Source: Octopus sinensis (Eukaryota). Taken from it: 64,000 nt of DNA. A program made the position numbers and the translations under genes. The notes under the pieces are model-generated. The model saw nothing but the letters and a program-made list of their open reading frames with translations, was not told the origin of the DNA and did no database searches. The stretch is taken from assembly GCF_006345805.1 (NCBI RefSeq), contig NC_042998.1:134726001-134790000 (forward strand). Direction: 5' to 3'. Positions 1 to 12,510 of the stretch are shown here, one piece after another. Every line of letters starts with the position of its first letter. Within the stretch, counting starts at the first letter, position 1.

Positions 1-934
1 GTGCCGAAATATGGCATCTTGAGCAAGTGTTTTGAGAGTCCCAAGCCGTTCAATGCTTTGTGAGTGAATTTGGTAGATGAAAATTACGGGGAAGTCCATC
101 GTGTGTGTGTACATTTATTTAAGACAGCAGTATGCGACTCAGAGGCGATTTAGCTGATATGTCTACTTGATCGAGTGACCACAAAGAAACTCCTTTGCTT
201 CACACAGTGTTGACAGGAAAGTAGTTTGCCAAACAATATACATTATATTATTTACATTACATTACATATTTTACATTATTTAGTCTTGATCCTGAACCTT
301 CTTGGTTCAAATTTCACAAAGTTCAACTTCTTGATTGGTATCTACATTGAATCAATATAGAACCTTCTATAGTACCAGTATTCTTGTTTAGAATCAATAA
401 TTCGTGTTAACTTTAACTGAAGAAGTGCAAACACGATCAAAGCACCTCGGTGTCTCAAAGACCTCTTACGTCAAAGGATTGTATGTGTTATGAACACACA
501 TTGACTAAATTGGAGAGATGTTCTCTGAGGATTAAATACAACAGTGATTAACATATTTATGTTCGAATCTGCCAGAACGCATTAAGAAGAGTAGATACGT
601 TATTGCTTAGATCCTTACTGTTTTATGTGCACCTCATAAATCAATACAGAGCTTACGTTTCATAAAAACCAACAACATTATAATGGCGGATAATAATATA
701 TGAGAAAGCATCGTTCTATCTATGAAGAAGGCTTGTGTTTTGTCTACTAAGTCCAGGCGTACATATTCTTCCCTGATCTCAGAGTAAAGAATTGTTTAAA
801 TAAGTTTTCCTGTCTTGGTAAAAGGTTCTATAGATTACATTATTGTTTGTTGTAACAAATACGGGACTGAACAGCAAAACGAAAGGTAAACTTTTGTTTC
901 TGTATTCTAAATAGTATTTTCTTTGTATTGGCAG

Positions 935-1042
935 ATGGTTTATATTCTTTAAGTGACCACATTCGCAAAAGTGGAGTACCAACACCAGAACGAATAACCA
1001 ACATGAATGGCAATTTAATGTTTCTGGAGGAAATACCGACAG
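935..1042 (+). CDS. HYKK: HYKK-like copy A, coding exon 2
   Basis: Acceptor ttggcag, donor ACAG|GTATTT, 108 bp, phase 1-1. Reads DGLYSLSDHIRKSGVPTPERITNMNGNLMFLEEIPT. Paralogous to 40365-40472. Absent from the ORF track. Confidence 0.85.
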
Positions 1043-2139
1043 GTATTTATCAGACTAATTATTAAATCAAATATTGTATTTTTGTTCTCTTATCTATTGT
1101 ATATACATTTCGGTGGTAGATGTACAAAAGACAGATTGTGTGAGACATGTTCAAATCTTGTCATTGGTGATAGAATATGAAGATGATAATGATCTGTTTC
1201 CATATTGCTTTATGCTGTAGGGAAGAAATTAACCAACATCAGTAATTAATTCTAAAACCCCTAAGTGGTTGCTGTTATTTTGTAATCTGAAAATTTCTGT
1301 GTTATTCTTAAAATCAGGACTGCATAACGCTAACGTGTGTATCACTGCGACAATGGCTCAAGTATATTTTTCCAATAATGTTAACCGGTTTTTATATGTT
1401 CTTCCAATCTTTTGTCGAAGACTGAACCACGCTTTCTTGCGAAGTATGTCAGCAAAGTTGATCCGTACTCTTCAGAGCTTTTAGGACTTTGAATTGAAAT
1501 AGGAATTCGTCAGAAGCTAGTATTGCACTTGAAGAACAATAATCACAGCCAGTTTTGGAGATCATACTATCCATTTCTGATTGTATATTTCACCATTTAT
1601 TTTCTGACCTGAAAATAACTATTCAAAGTATATTTGCCTTGATGTTTAGTTTTAAAATAGGAATTGTTCCCGTGCTGACACCCTAAGGAGCCTCAACTAT
1701 TATATACAATGTGTGAGTTCATCCTCGGTTAATGAGTTCATCTTTATTAACTAAAATCATTGAGTTTTGTGAATTCTGTTTTATTCGTAAATGTTGGTTC
1801 TGTATCACTTCCAGTATTTCCTCAACTTAGATACCAGGGTCTGTTGTCTCAGTAGCTGTGGCACTGAGTTATGGATGTTTAGGACTTAACCAATCACCTT
1901 GGGTTTGTGTATCTGCACATGTTCCCGGGGTACAAATATCTGTTATGTGTTGGTACTATTTTGAAGTTGTTTTACAAGTTACAGATTTCTTTTTTCTTTT
2001 CTGCTGACCGCTCTGAAATGTACTCTTCACTGTAAGCCTGAAAATGTTGAAAATTTACTCTTCAAATATTACTTCGTACTATTTAAAATTTTAGACTTTC
2101 TCGTTATCTATTTAAATAACATTATAGAAGAAAACAAAA

Positions 2140-2570
2140 TGGATCTTTTTGGTTTGAACGGCAGTTTTTTCTAGCGGTGTCATATGAAATTGTCACCCAT
2201 AATTATAACCCTAGTATCGATCTATTGCATTTCAATCTGTTTTAGGGTTAGGGTTAGTTAGGGTTAGGGGTGGGGGGAAGGGTATCTTTTTTTCTACGCA
2301 AATGTAAATAAAGCCAATCTGTTTCTTAAACGAGGGACATATTCATACGGCACATAATGTTTTTTTTTACCTCAATAGACGTCATTGATTGGTTGAAATT
2401 GCAGAAATTGAAGAAAAACACCAACAAATATCTTACAAACTATAGAATTCTCTCAATAAAGCCAAGAGAAAAAGATGTTTTATAAACACATTCTACCAGT
2501 ACGAAGTTTAAAAGTGTTTAGTTACGTGGAAATTATTTTTAAAAACTGCCGTTCAAACCGAAAAGATCCA
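2140..2570. mobile_element. MITE with TGGATC...GATCCA TIRs and 6-bp TSD ACAAAA
   Basis: TIRs of about 28 bp. The paralogous intron near 43170 has the empty site with a single ACAAAA. Internal TTAGGG-like tract near 2240-2270. Confidence 0.88.
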
Positions 2571-2976
2571 ACAAAAGAATGAGATTTAAATTATTTAACA
2601 TTATTTGTAATATAACGACATAAACTTGTATTGTTGTTTTCGTCGTCGTCGTCGTTGTTGCTGGTGGTGGTGGTGGTGGTGGTGGCGGCGGCGGCGGTGG
2701 TGGTGGTGGTGGCGGCGGCGGCGGTGGTGGTGGGGTTCGGTGTTATTGCCGTAGTTATTGTTGTTGGTAGTGGAAGGCCGTCTCAGTCGTTAGACTTACG
2801 TTGCAAACTATTCTGCTAGCATTCACAATTAAATTACGTTCCAAAATACAGATGTTTCTTAAATGCAACGCCACTATTTCTATTCTCACACCAAGGTAGT
2901 AGCTATTTAGTCCCCCATTCGCACATGTTTACAACAACAACAACAACTACAACTGGTTGCTCATTTCATGTTGTAG

Positions 2977-3128
2977 ATACGAACAACATTGCTAACAGTA
3001 GAACCTTGCAACACATGGTTATACTTCAGACATTTCTTCCCGGAGTAGTCATTAGCAAAGTTCCACTGGTTCCAAGTCTCTGTTATGAATTTGGGAAGCT
3101 AATTGGCTCCATGCACAATTCATTAAAG
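2977..3128 (+). CDS. HYKK: HYKK-like copy A, exon 3
   Basis: Acceptor gttgtag, donor AAG|GTAAGT, 152 bp. ...LQTFLPGVVISKVPLVPSLCYEFGKLIGSMHNSLK resembles HYKK LLTYLPG...LLYEIGK. Confidence 0.9.
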
Positions 3129-3153
3129 GTAAGTTTTATATATTTATTTGTTC

Positions 3154-3270
<117 letters not shown>

Positions 3271-3810
3271 TTAAAAATTATAATAATAATAATACTCAGA
3301 CTTTTTTGTACGTACCTGATGTGTTTCGCACTTACTTCAAAGAAGTGGCAAAGCGAGAGTGAGGAGGACAGAGAGGAAGTAAGAGAGAAAAAGACAGAGA
3401 GATAAAGTGAGAGAGAGAGAGAGTGAGAGAGAAGGAAAGAGTGAGAGAGAAAGAGAGTGTGAAAGAGACAGTGAGTGGTAATGGCGTTCATTTTATCACT
3501 TCGCAAGAGAAATAGATACATCAATACATATACACATTTTAAAATCAAAAGTGGGAGGGAAGAGGGACACAAAGGAAGTGAAAGAGAAAGAGAGACAGTA
3601 GATACATAAATCCAAAGAAAAGTTCATATATAGATACATAGACACGGCAAATATTGGGTGTTAATTTCACTTTTCAATACCACACGAAGATAAAATTAAC
3701 TCCACAAACGTGCATAACATTAACGTAGCTCTCAGGGAGATTCAGCCTCACACAGAATATGACAAGGCTGGCCCCTTTGGAATACAACTACAACTTGAGA
3801 CATATATATA

Positions 3811-3868
<58 letters not shown>

Positions 3869-4311
3869 TATTTGTGTGTGTGTATAAATTTGTGTGTGTG
3901 TGTAGATTCATAAATCCATTTATTATTTCTTTCTTTCGAATTTCATTTTGTACATTTGTACTCCTGATTATGTACAAGCACATATGTAAAACGACGTCCT
4001 TCATTTTTTAATCATTAACTGCTGATATAGGAGGGATAGAGAAGGAGTGAGAGAGAGAGCGGGGGGAGAAGGAGAGAGAGAGAGGAGTGAGCAGTGACTC
4101 AAAGGAAGATGATGTTTGTTTTGTGTTTTCAGCCACAGCAAATATTGGATACCGTATCCTAGACAAAAACGGTCTAATGCATTCGTATATGTTTTTCAAT
4201 TGAAATACTGAATCATTTTGGACATTTATTGTTTTATTAGCGAGAGAAAGAGAAAGAGGTTGAAGACACAATTCCAGACAGTAGCAAAGCAACAGGTAGG
4301 AAGAGAGAAAA

Positions 4312-4353
<42 letters not shown>

Positions 4354-5429
4354 CCAAGAACTTCGTTGTGGATTATCTGACACACTGTCTGTCTGCCTCT
4401 CTCTAGGCACGTGTTTGTGTATGTGTGTGTATATATGTGTATGTTTGTATGTATATGATTGTGTGTGGTGCCGTTTTGAATTCCTTCCTGCGACTGACTT
4501 TAAACCGCTATTAAAGGCCCAACCAACCACACACACACACACATTTATTTAAACCTATTTCAACTGCAGCCATACGCCAGATAACGTGGTAAGTGTTTTG
4601 CTCCAAAATTAAAATTTTGAATTTGTTTTCATTATAAAATTACACCTCAGCTAAAAATATCTTTTGGCTTCGGAATACAACGTTGTCTTACAACGTTGTC
4701 TTTTTCTTTGTATGTTTTTAAGTTAGAATTTCTGGCTCATATGTTGATGTGTGTAAGTAAACAAAAACTAAAGGAATTACACAGAGACATTCATATAGGA
4801 TTCGTATATGTTTTTCAGTTGAAACACTATGAATCATTTTGGAGATTTATTGTTTTAATATCAAGTTTTAAAATATGGATAATCGCATGAGAGACACAGC
4901 ATGTGAGCGTCAGCGTAGAATGAGAAAACGATTGCGCGAGGACCAGCAGGAGGAAATAAGGAAATATTTTTTACCTTAGGTTTTTAACATGATAAATGTA
5001 TTATAGGCACCTGGTCCTACTGTTTAAGTTTCAAATTTAGTTAATGGAGTTTCTTCTATAAGAACAATCATGATTTTATTTCTTTAAGAAATATTGTTTA
5101 ATTCTATTTGATTATTTATTTAACTATTACTGTTGACCTGAGGAGTGACTATACATTTAAATTAAATTGTAATTCGAATTTCAATTATAGTCATGAAACG
5201 TACGTAGTCTTATTACTTATTATATATTGTTTATTCATTTTTGTACTTTTTGTCATCTAGTTATATGTTTTATATTATATTTTATTTTTTCTTTATGATT
5301 TGGTTTATGCATATCATTGTTTGAATTGCATAATAGCGGTTTTCCTCTAATTTATATATATTATATTGTGAAATTTGATTTAATATTAAATTAAATTTTT
5401 CCCTGTAAGTTTGGAGTTATACTCCCTAA

Positions 5430-5500
<71 letters not shown>

Positions 5501-5516
5501 CATTTATATTTATGTG

Positions 5517-5931
5517 TGTGAAGTATATTTGCCATCTCAATAAGGCTAACCACTAAGGGTGGATGTTACTGTAGCTTGCAGCCCCATGAGAACATCTTCT
5601 CCAGCTGATTATTGACACACTTTCTGAGCCCTATCGGTATTTGCAAAGGGAGGTCATCCTTCCCTCGTCAACCTAAGTGATACGCACGGACTGCAGTTTC
5701 TAGGTATTGACCCGTCATCGGCGCACGACAACCACCGGTCTTCGATGGAAGGGTCCCAATGCAAATATTTATATCCTTTTTCCAGTGACTTTTCGTCACT
5801 GATCTTGAAAAAGTGTATACAAGCAATAATAAATCTCTTAACGGGGTATAGACAGTAACTGCACGACAATGTGAAGTATATTTGCCATCTCAATATGGCT
5901 AACCACTAAGGGTGGATGTTACTGTAGCTTG
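5517..5931 (-). mobile_element. 353-bp unit with about 62-bp terminal direct repeat (retrozyme-like or PLE pLTR-derived)
   Basis: 5517-5578 recurs at 5870-5931. Flanked by (ATT)n and (TA)n. Carries an HHR motif on the - strand. Confidence 0.7.
5683..5727 (-). ncRNA. Minimal type I hammerhead ribozyme motif
   Basis: Minus strand reads CGUGCG-CCGAUGA-C-GGGU-CAAU-ACCU-A-GAAA-CUGCAG-UC-CGUGCG. Stem I has two G-U pairs, stem III is palindromic, and the cleavage triplet is GUC. Confidence 0.7.
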
Positions 5932-5939
5932 TGTCAATA

Positions 5940-6015
<76 letters not shown>

Positions 6016-6077
6016 CATACATATCTGTCTAACTTTTGATATATATATATGTGTGTTTGTTTTTTTTTTCTATCTAG

Positions 6078-6255
6078 GATTTTCATCATTCGTATTTCGA
6101 CCAAATTACAACCAACAGCTGGAGTCTAACCTCTGTTCCAAAACTTAATGAATATGCTGTCGTTATTGAAGACGATAGTGATCGAAAGCTAATAACGGAC
6201 ATTGTTGACGCATTCATTGAAGAAATCATTCCTGCCATGCCAAAATTTCAGCAAG
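6078..6255 (+). CDS. HYKK: HYKK-like copy A, exon 4
   Basis: Acceptor tatctag|GAT, donor CAAG|GTAAAC, 178 bp. Reads DFHHSYF...WSLTSVPKLNEY...FIEEIIPAMPKFQQ. Confidence 0.9.
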
Positions 6256-6555
6256 GTAAACTTACCTAATATTAACATTTTGTTTGTTGCCTTATGATAA
6301 TTAAGTCATGACCGTTTTTCTAAGCTAAGTAGTGAGCTTGATGCAATTGGTGTTCATCATGAGCATATTTTTAAGTCCATGCTTGAATGAAAAACTTCAC
6401 TAGAGAGAAATTTCTTGTGAGTTGCATCTATGTTATGGAAAGATAGAGTGAAGTGTTTAATACATGATCTTCGGGACGAGACACAGTACAGGTGATGAAA
6501 AAAGAAAGCTAGTAGGCTGGATGAAGCTGAATGGAGCAAGTGTGTGCAACCATCT

Positions 6556-6599
<44 letters not shown>

Positions 6600-6603
<4 letters not shown>

Positions 6604-6900
6604 AAAATGAACTGAGTTTGTTTTCTCCCTTGAGTTTCACACCACTGCGATCTTCAGGCAAGAACTGTTACAACTCGATATTGGTGGTGTATTTATATCC
6701 TTTGGTGTGTGGTGTAGTGGCTGTGTTTGTTTATTACTCTGCCTTTTTATACTTATTGATTGGGGGAGGTGTTTTTCTGGCTTCATTATTGATTATTTTG
6801 GGATTTCTTGCAATCGTAAATGAGAGTGTATGTTATCAATTTGCTTGAGATATGTTAGTGTGTTGGTGAGATGATAATGAGGCGAGTTTTCTTCTTTTTT
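6600..6900 (-). mobile_element. Decayed PLE-like 3' end with degenerate HHR core (paralog about 57025-57330)
   Basis: Minus strand CUGAAGA-U-CGC-AGUG-GYG-U-GAAA-CUCRAG. Stem I and the cleavage triplet are degenerate. Confidence 0.35.
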
Positions 6901-7490
6901 TTACGTGTGTGTGTGAAAGGTTTTAAATAGATATTGTTTTATATATGGATTGTACTTATTTCTTTCTCGATGATAGATTTAATTCTTCATCCAATTTTAC
7001 ACAACCACTTAACTTCTGGGAGAGTCCACTGTATCATAAGCATTTGAAGTAGATCTCAAGTTAATCCATCATCTTAGTGTATCGCTGCCTAACGCATCAG
7101 CTCATGAATTGTTATTTCTTCTTCACGCAACCATGACAACACATCATGGATACTAAACATCTTCCTCTATAACGTCATGAAAGTGTTGTTTTCCTAACCC
7201 TTTGCCTATCCAAAGCATTTTCATAAGTTTATCCTAAACGTCCATGCTTGTTTTCAGACTTTTAGTTAGCCCTTGTTTCCTATGTTTTAATATAAAGCAT
7301 TCCTTACATAAGTCCCAAATTGGTCTGGTGATTGAAAAAATAATTGAGAATGTGTATCATATACGATGTATGGACACCAGGGAAATATATTCTGTATATC
7401 ACGTATGATACACAGGACAGGCAAAAGGTTAACGTTGAAATATCTACTTCGTTCTTGGTTCTGTCTAATATCTAATTATTTCTTTCCCAG

Positions 7491-7984
7491 GTCAAATCCA
7501 CGGTGATCTCAATGATTTGAACGTCTTAGTCGAGGAACGCCATTCATCTATTAAACAAGAATCCAGTAATGAAAGCATAACATCGCAAAAGAATAAACCA
7601 GATTTCGTTATATCAGGAATAATCGATTTTGCCGATGCTAGTTTTTCATATCTCATATTTGACATTGCCATAGCTATAACTTACATGATGATTAACAGCA
7701 AACTGGTCGATGCAATCGATCTCAGTGGCCATACATTAGCTGGCTATTTGTCGGAATTTCATATGAACTCAGCTGAACGTAATGCTTTGCATTTGTTAAT
7801 CTGTAGTCGAATTTCCCAGTCTTTGGCAATCGGTTGGTACACCTATGTAAAAGATCCTTCTAATGATTATCCATTGGTAACAGCTGCCACTGGCTGGCCT
7901 CTCCTTCACAGTTTTTGGAAGAAACCAAGAGACGAAATTGAAAAGGAATGGGATTTCATCATTAAATCTTACGAAGAACACTGA
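7491..7984 (+). CDS. HYKK: HYKK-like copy A, last exon (catalytic loop and C-lobe)
   Basis: Acceptor tttcccag. Contains IHGDLNDLN and IIDFAD APH-type kinase motifs and SGHTLAGY, and ends at TGA. Confidence 0.92.
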
Positions 7985-8570
7985 GATGGCAGAATACAAT
8001 ATACGACAAACTGCTTAACACTGTTTCACCGAGTCCTTATAACTTTTTAATTCAAATTCCACTAAGGTCTACTTTGCCTTTCATCTTTCCGAAATCTATA
8101 AAATACACACCATTTAAATGCTGAGGGTCGACTAACTCATTCATATTATTCTTTTTTCTGGTTTCAACCATTGGACTGCGGCCATACTTGGGTACTGCTT
8201 TCGACAGTTTTAGTTGATCGTGTCGACCCCTGTACTTGTTTGAGAATAGTAATTATGTTTTATTGCTCTCTCCTTATCGAATAGCTAAGTTTTGAATAGA
8301 GACGTCCTTTCACATCAAAAATTCATTTAATAGAGATCGATAAACACATGCGCGCGTGCACCGAAATTGCCAAATCTCCTCTATGTTGTTTTTTTTTGTT
8401 TTTCATTCATAAAGGAACATTATATTTTCCGTTAAAATAAAAGTCAGTTATCTAAAAATAAAAAGTCTTATTTTTATTAACTTTATGTCAATCGAAAAAC
8501 AAAATAAATATATGTACGAAATAAAATATGTACGAAATTAATATATGTACAAAATAAATATATGTACTTA

Positions 8571-9350
8571 TATTAGGTCGTCAAGTATGAAATTTGTAGA
8601 AAGGAAAAAGTTTGCTAATGTTTTATAAATACAAGGAATAGTTTTATTCATCAAAGTATGCACCCATATTGTCAATACACTTTTGCCATTTCAGCGGTAG
8701 CTTGTCCAGTCCGGAACTGTAAAAGCCTGGCAACCTAGAGTCAATAAATCTTGGAAGACCTGTTTTAAAGTATTATTGGAATTAAATTTTTTTCTTATCG
8801 AAAAGTTATCCAAATTCTGGAAGAAGAGGTAATCAGTGGAGGCAAGATCAGGTGAGTATGGTGGATGATGGAGAACTTCCAACTCCAACTCCTGTAGTTT
8901 TGCCAATGTCATTTTTGCGATGTGTGGTCTGGCATTGTCTTGCAATAAAATAGGAGTGGGTCTGTTGACTAATCTAGGCTATTTTTTGTAAATTTCTCCA
9001 TCATTTGGTCCAGTTGGCTACAGTATACTTCGGCCGTGATTGATGAGCTAGGTTTAATGAAATCATAACCGATCACACTTGCGCCAGACCACCAAACACA
9101 CATCATCAGCTTCTTTTGATGAATTTTGCTTTTTGGACTGTGTTTTGGTGGCTTGTCTTTGTCCAACCATTGTGCTGAACGTTTACGGTTGTTGTATTGG
9201 ATCCATTTCTAATCAGATGTTACAATTCGATTCAGAAATGATTCATTTTGTGACAAGAAAGTAGCATAATGCAGGCTTCCAAACATTGCTGTTTCTGATT
9301 TTCATCGAGTTCATGTGGAACCCATGACAAGGAATTTTAAAAAATTGAAA
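8571..9350 (-). mobile_element. Decayed mariner transposon
   Basis: ORF pieces QDNARPH...HPPYSPDLASTDY and KKLMMCVWWS. TA plus TIR-like TTAGGTCG at 8571. Partial paralog at 58980-59305. Confidence 0.85.
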
Positions 9351-9424
9351 TAATGGGTTTGTATCGTGAAAATTGACCGGCAACGAGGGTTATTCAATTA
9401 GTATATATATATATAAATATATAT

Positions 9425-9455
<31 letters not shown>

Positions 9456-9817
9456 ATAATAAGAGAAGGATAGATAGATTATATTAGAAGAAAGATAGAT
9501 TATATTAGAAGAAAAATCAAAACCAAGGCGGAGCGAGTATCTTAAGTCTTAGAATAATTAAATTTGAAATCTTAGAACCGTTTCTGGGATAACCCAAATG
9601 GTAGGTTAGCATGTCTATGTACTGGGTATTCCATCATAAGACAAGGTATGAATATTTTAGACGGGAAAAAATTTACAGTTTACAAGGAATAAAATTCACA
9701 GTTTATAAGGAACAAAATAGAAGAATAAAGAATAAAAGTAGTTAGAAGAATATAGGCAGGAAAATAATGTTCACAACTCATATTTTTCCAGAGGATATGG
9801 GTGTTGGTCAGTACTTC

Positions 9818-10459
9818 GGCCCAGTGCGTCCATGCTGCCAACAAAGCGCGCGGAATTCTGTTTTTGATTCGACGGTCATTCGGAATGCTCACAGCAGCCA
9901 TATTCCTACCACTCTATGTCACGCTGGTGAGACCCATATTGGAGTATGGGATTCAAGCCTCTTCTCCTTATCTCCTCAAAGACATACAGCATCTCGAAAG
10001 AGTCCAGAGGCTGGCTACCCGCATGGTTCATGGTCTCAAAAATTTGTCCTACGAAGAAAGGCTGAGGACGCTCGACCTTTATTCTCTTGAAAAACGCCGC
10101 CGCCGTGGTGATCTCATTCTCGCCCACAACATCATAAGCGGGAAGTGTAACCTCTCGAAAGAGCTGTTCTTCACTCCTGCTCCGGAGCGTCGGCTGCGGG
10201 GTCATTCCGAAAAGCTCTACCTGCGACGATTTCATCTCAATCGAAGGAGAGGAGCTTTCTCCGTCCGGGTTGCGGATCCGTGGAACAAGCTGCCAGACGA
10301 GATGGTGAAGATGCCGACGACCGCTTTGTTCAAAGCCTCCCTGGACCTCAAGTGGCCTGAACTCTTTACATGAACACCACCCTGTACTTAACTCCATGTC
10401 CCCCTACATGGCCTTGCTATTTGCTTTTGAGCCAAATTAACTAACTAACTAACTAACTA
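9818..10459 (+). mobile_element. 5'-truncated CR1-type LINE
   Basis: C-terminal ORF2 text (LVRPILEYG...LERVQRLATR...RRRRGDLI...WNKLP), (AACT)n tail, TSD ACTTC. Empty site at about 59380 (inverted). Confidence 0.9.
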
Positions 10460-10559
10460 ACTTCCATGAAGGTACAAGTCCTTAGAATATTTTGCCAAAA
10501 TACTGCCTGGATTTATCTGGGATTTAACTAAAACGTGTTTCCAAATAACAGTTTGGTAA

Positions 10560-11100
10560 GTATAGGGGCCAGCTCTGGGGTGCAATGTTTGAGGATAATG
10601 GAAGGGACATTGTCAAGACCGGTGGTCTTATGAGTCTGAAGTAACTGAAGATACTTTCACATTGGGCATGTATACAAGGCGATGGATTGGATGAGTTAAA
10701 ACGGGTGAATGTGGAAAAGATTTTGTCAAGTGTAGGACTTGTAAAGTTGGATGCAAAGCAAGCAGCAAGGATGAAAACTTATTTTGCTAGGTTAATGCTT
10801 ACAAAGCCATTGTTAATATTAAGAGAGGGGAAAGAACATTTTGCAAATCTGGTGAAAACCCTTGTGGCAAAGGGCAAAAATCGGTGCAGTTTGAAAGGTG
10901 AGACAGCTTGAGGGCAGCATGAAGTCATCTGTAATTCGGATAGAGGTCTTGCAGAGAGTTGCGTTGCTAGGTATATGCCATTTAGTTGTGGTGAGTGGGA
11001 TTGACCTCTTGGTTTCAGAGTTTCTACAGACATTGTCAGGCTCAGAGCAACTACAAGTCAACCATTTGCAAGACACGGAACAATAAGTCTTTCTTGTACG
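10560..11100 (-). mobile_element. Old LINE RT fragment
   Basis: Minus strand encodes HKTTGLDNVPSIILKHCTPELAP, resembling KAxGPDxIPxxxLKxCAxELA. Frames are broken. Confidence 0.55.
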
Positions 11101-11689
11101 TGGAATACTAGAGGAGAACATATCTGAAAAGATAGTTTCAGTCACTTGCCTAGGTGTTTCTCAAAACAAAAACATATGCTGTCAGAACTAGTTGGCATAA
11201 CTATAATCATCACACACACAACAAACAAAGGTAATGTGTGTGTATGTGTAGGGGTAATATATATGTAATAAACAGCTTCCTGGATTATAAGCCAGAGATT
11301 CAGAACCGAATCTACATTTCCTTTCTATTGTTCTTGGATTTTGTATTTAAAAATGTATGAGACTCAGTTGTCACACTTAGTTAAGTTCTGTTGTTTAAGG
11401 GAACATTCTTAGGTTAAATAGGGTTCAGACAAGATAGGAGATGGAAAATCCTTTGTTCATCATCATCATCATCATCATCATCGTTTAACGTCTGTTCTCC
11501 ATGCTAGCATGGGTTGGACGGTTCGACCGGGGATCTGGGAAGCCAGAAGGCTGCACCAGGCTCCAGTCTTATCTGGCAGTGTTTCTACAGCTGGATGCCC
11601 TTCCTAACGCCAACCACTCCGTGAGTGTAGTGGGTGCTTTTTACGTGCCAACTGCACAGGTGCCAGGCGAGGCTGGCAACGGCCACGGT

Positions 11690-12427
11690 CGGATTGGTGT
11701 ATTTTATGTGCCACCGGCACGGAAGCCACGAGTCGGATGGTGCTTTTTACGTACCACCAGACCAGGGATCCTGGCTGGTTCAATTCGATTTCGATTTCGC
11801 TTGCCCCAACATGTCTTCGCAAGCAAGGGGGTTGGCATGGGTGCCTGTCGTACGGTCAGATTGGTGTATTTTACGTGCCACCGGCACGGAAGCCAGTGGA
11901 GGCGGCGCTGGCATCGGCCACGAGTCGGATAGTGCTTTTTACGTACCACCAGACCAGGGAACCTGGCTGGTTCAATTCGATTTCGCTTGCCCCAACATGT
12001 CTTCGCAAGCAAGGGGGTTGGCATGGGTGCCTGTCGTACGGTCAGATTGGTGTATTTTACGTGCCACCGGCACGGAAGCCAGTGGAGGCGGCGCTGGCAT
12101 CGGCCACGAGTCGGATAGTGCTTTTTACGTACCACCAGACCAGGGAACCTGGCTGGTTCAATTCGATTTCGCTTGCCCCAACATGTCTTCGCAAGCAAGG
12201 GGGTTGGCATGGGTGCCTGTCGTACGGTCAGATTGGTGTATTTTACGTGCCACCGGCACGGAAGCCAGTGGAGGTGGCGCTGGCATCGGCCACGAGTCGG
12301 ATAGTGCTTTTTACGTACCACCAGACCAGGGATCCTGGCTGGTTCAATTCGATTTTGACTTCGATTTCGATTTCGCTTGCCCCAACATGTCTTCGCAAGC
12401 AAGGGGGTTGGCATGGGTGCCTGTCGT
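11690..12427. repeat. 186-bp tandem repeat (about 4 units) in the RTE 3'UTR
   Basis: The marker atgtcttcgc occurs at 11811, 11997, 12183 and 12387. The last interval is longer by 18 bp of (TTTCGA)n-like hexamers. Confidence 0.92.
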
Positions 12428-12510
12428 CGGATGAGGTTCTATATCGACTTCGCTTGCCTCAACAGGTCTTTGTGTCCAAGGGAGGAAAGGCATTCATAAG
12501 TGGGCTGGGC

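Noticed and set aside
2240-2270. Telomere remnant or fusion site (also 22010-22180)
   Set aside because: The short TTAGGG tracts are internal to MITEs with TIRs and TSDs.
11690-12427. CRISPR-like array
   Set aside because: Eukaryotic context, the units repeat in full with no unique spacers, and no cas genes are present.
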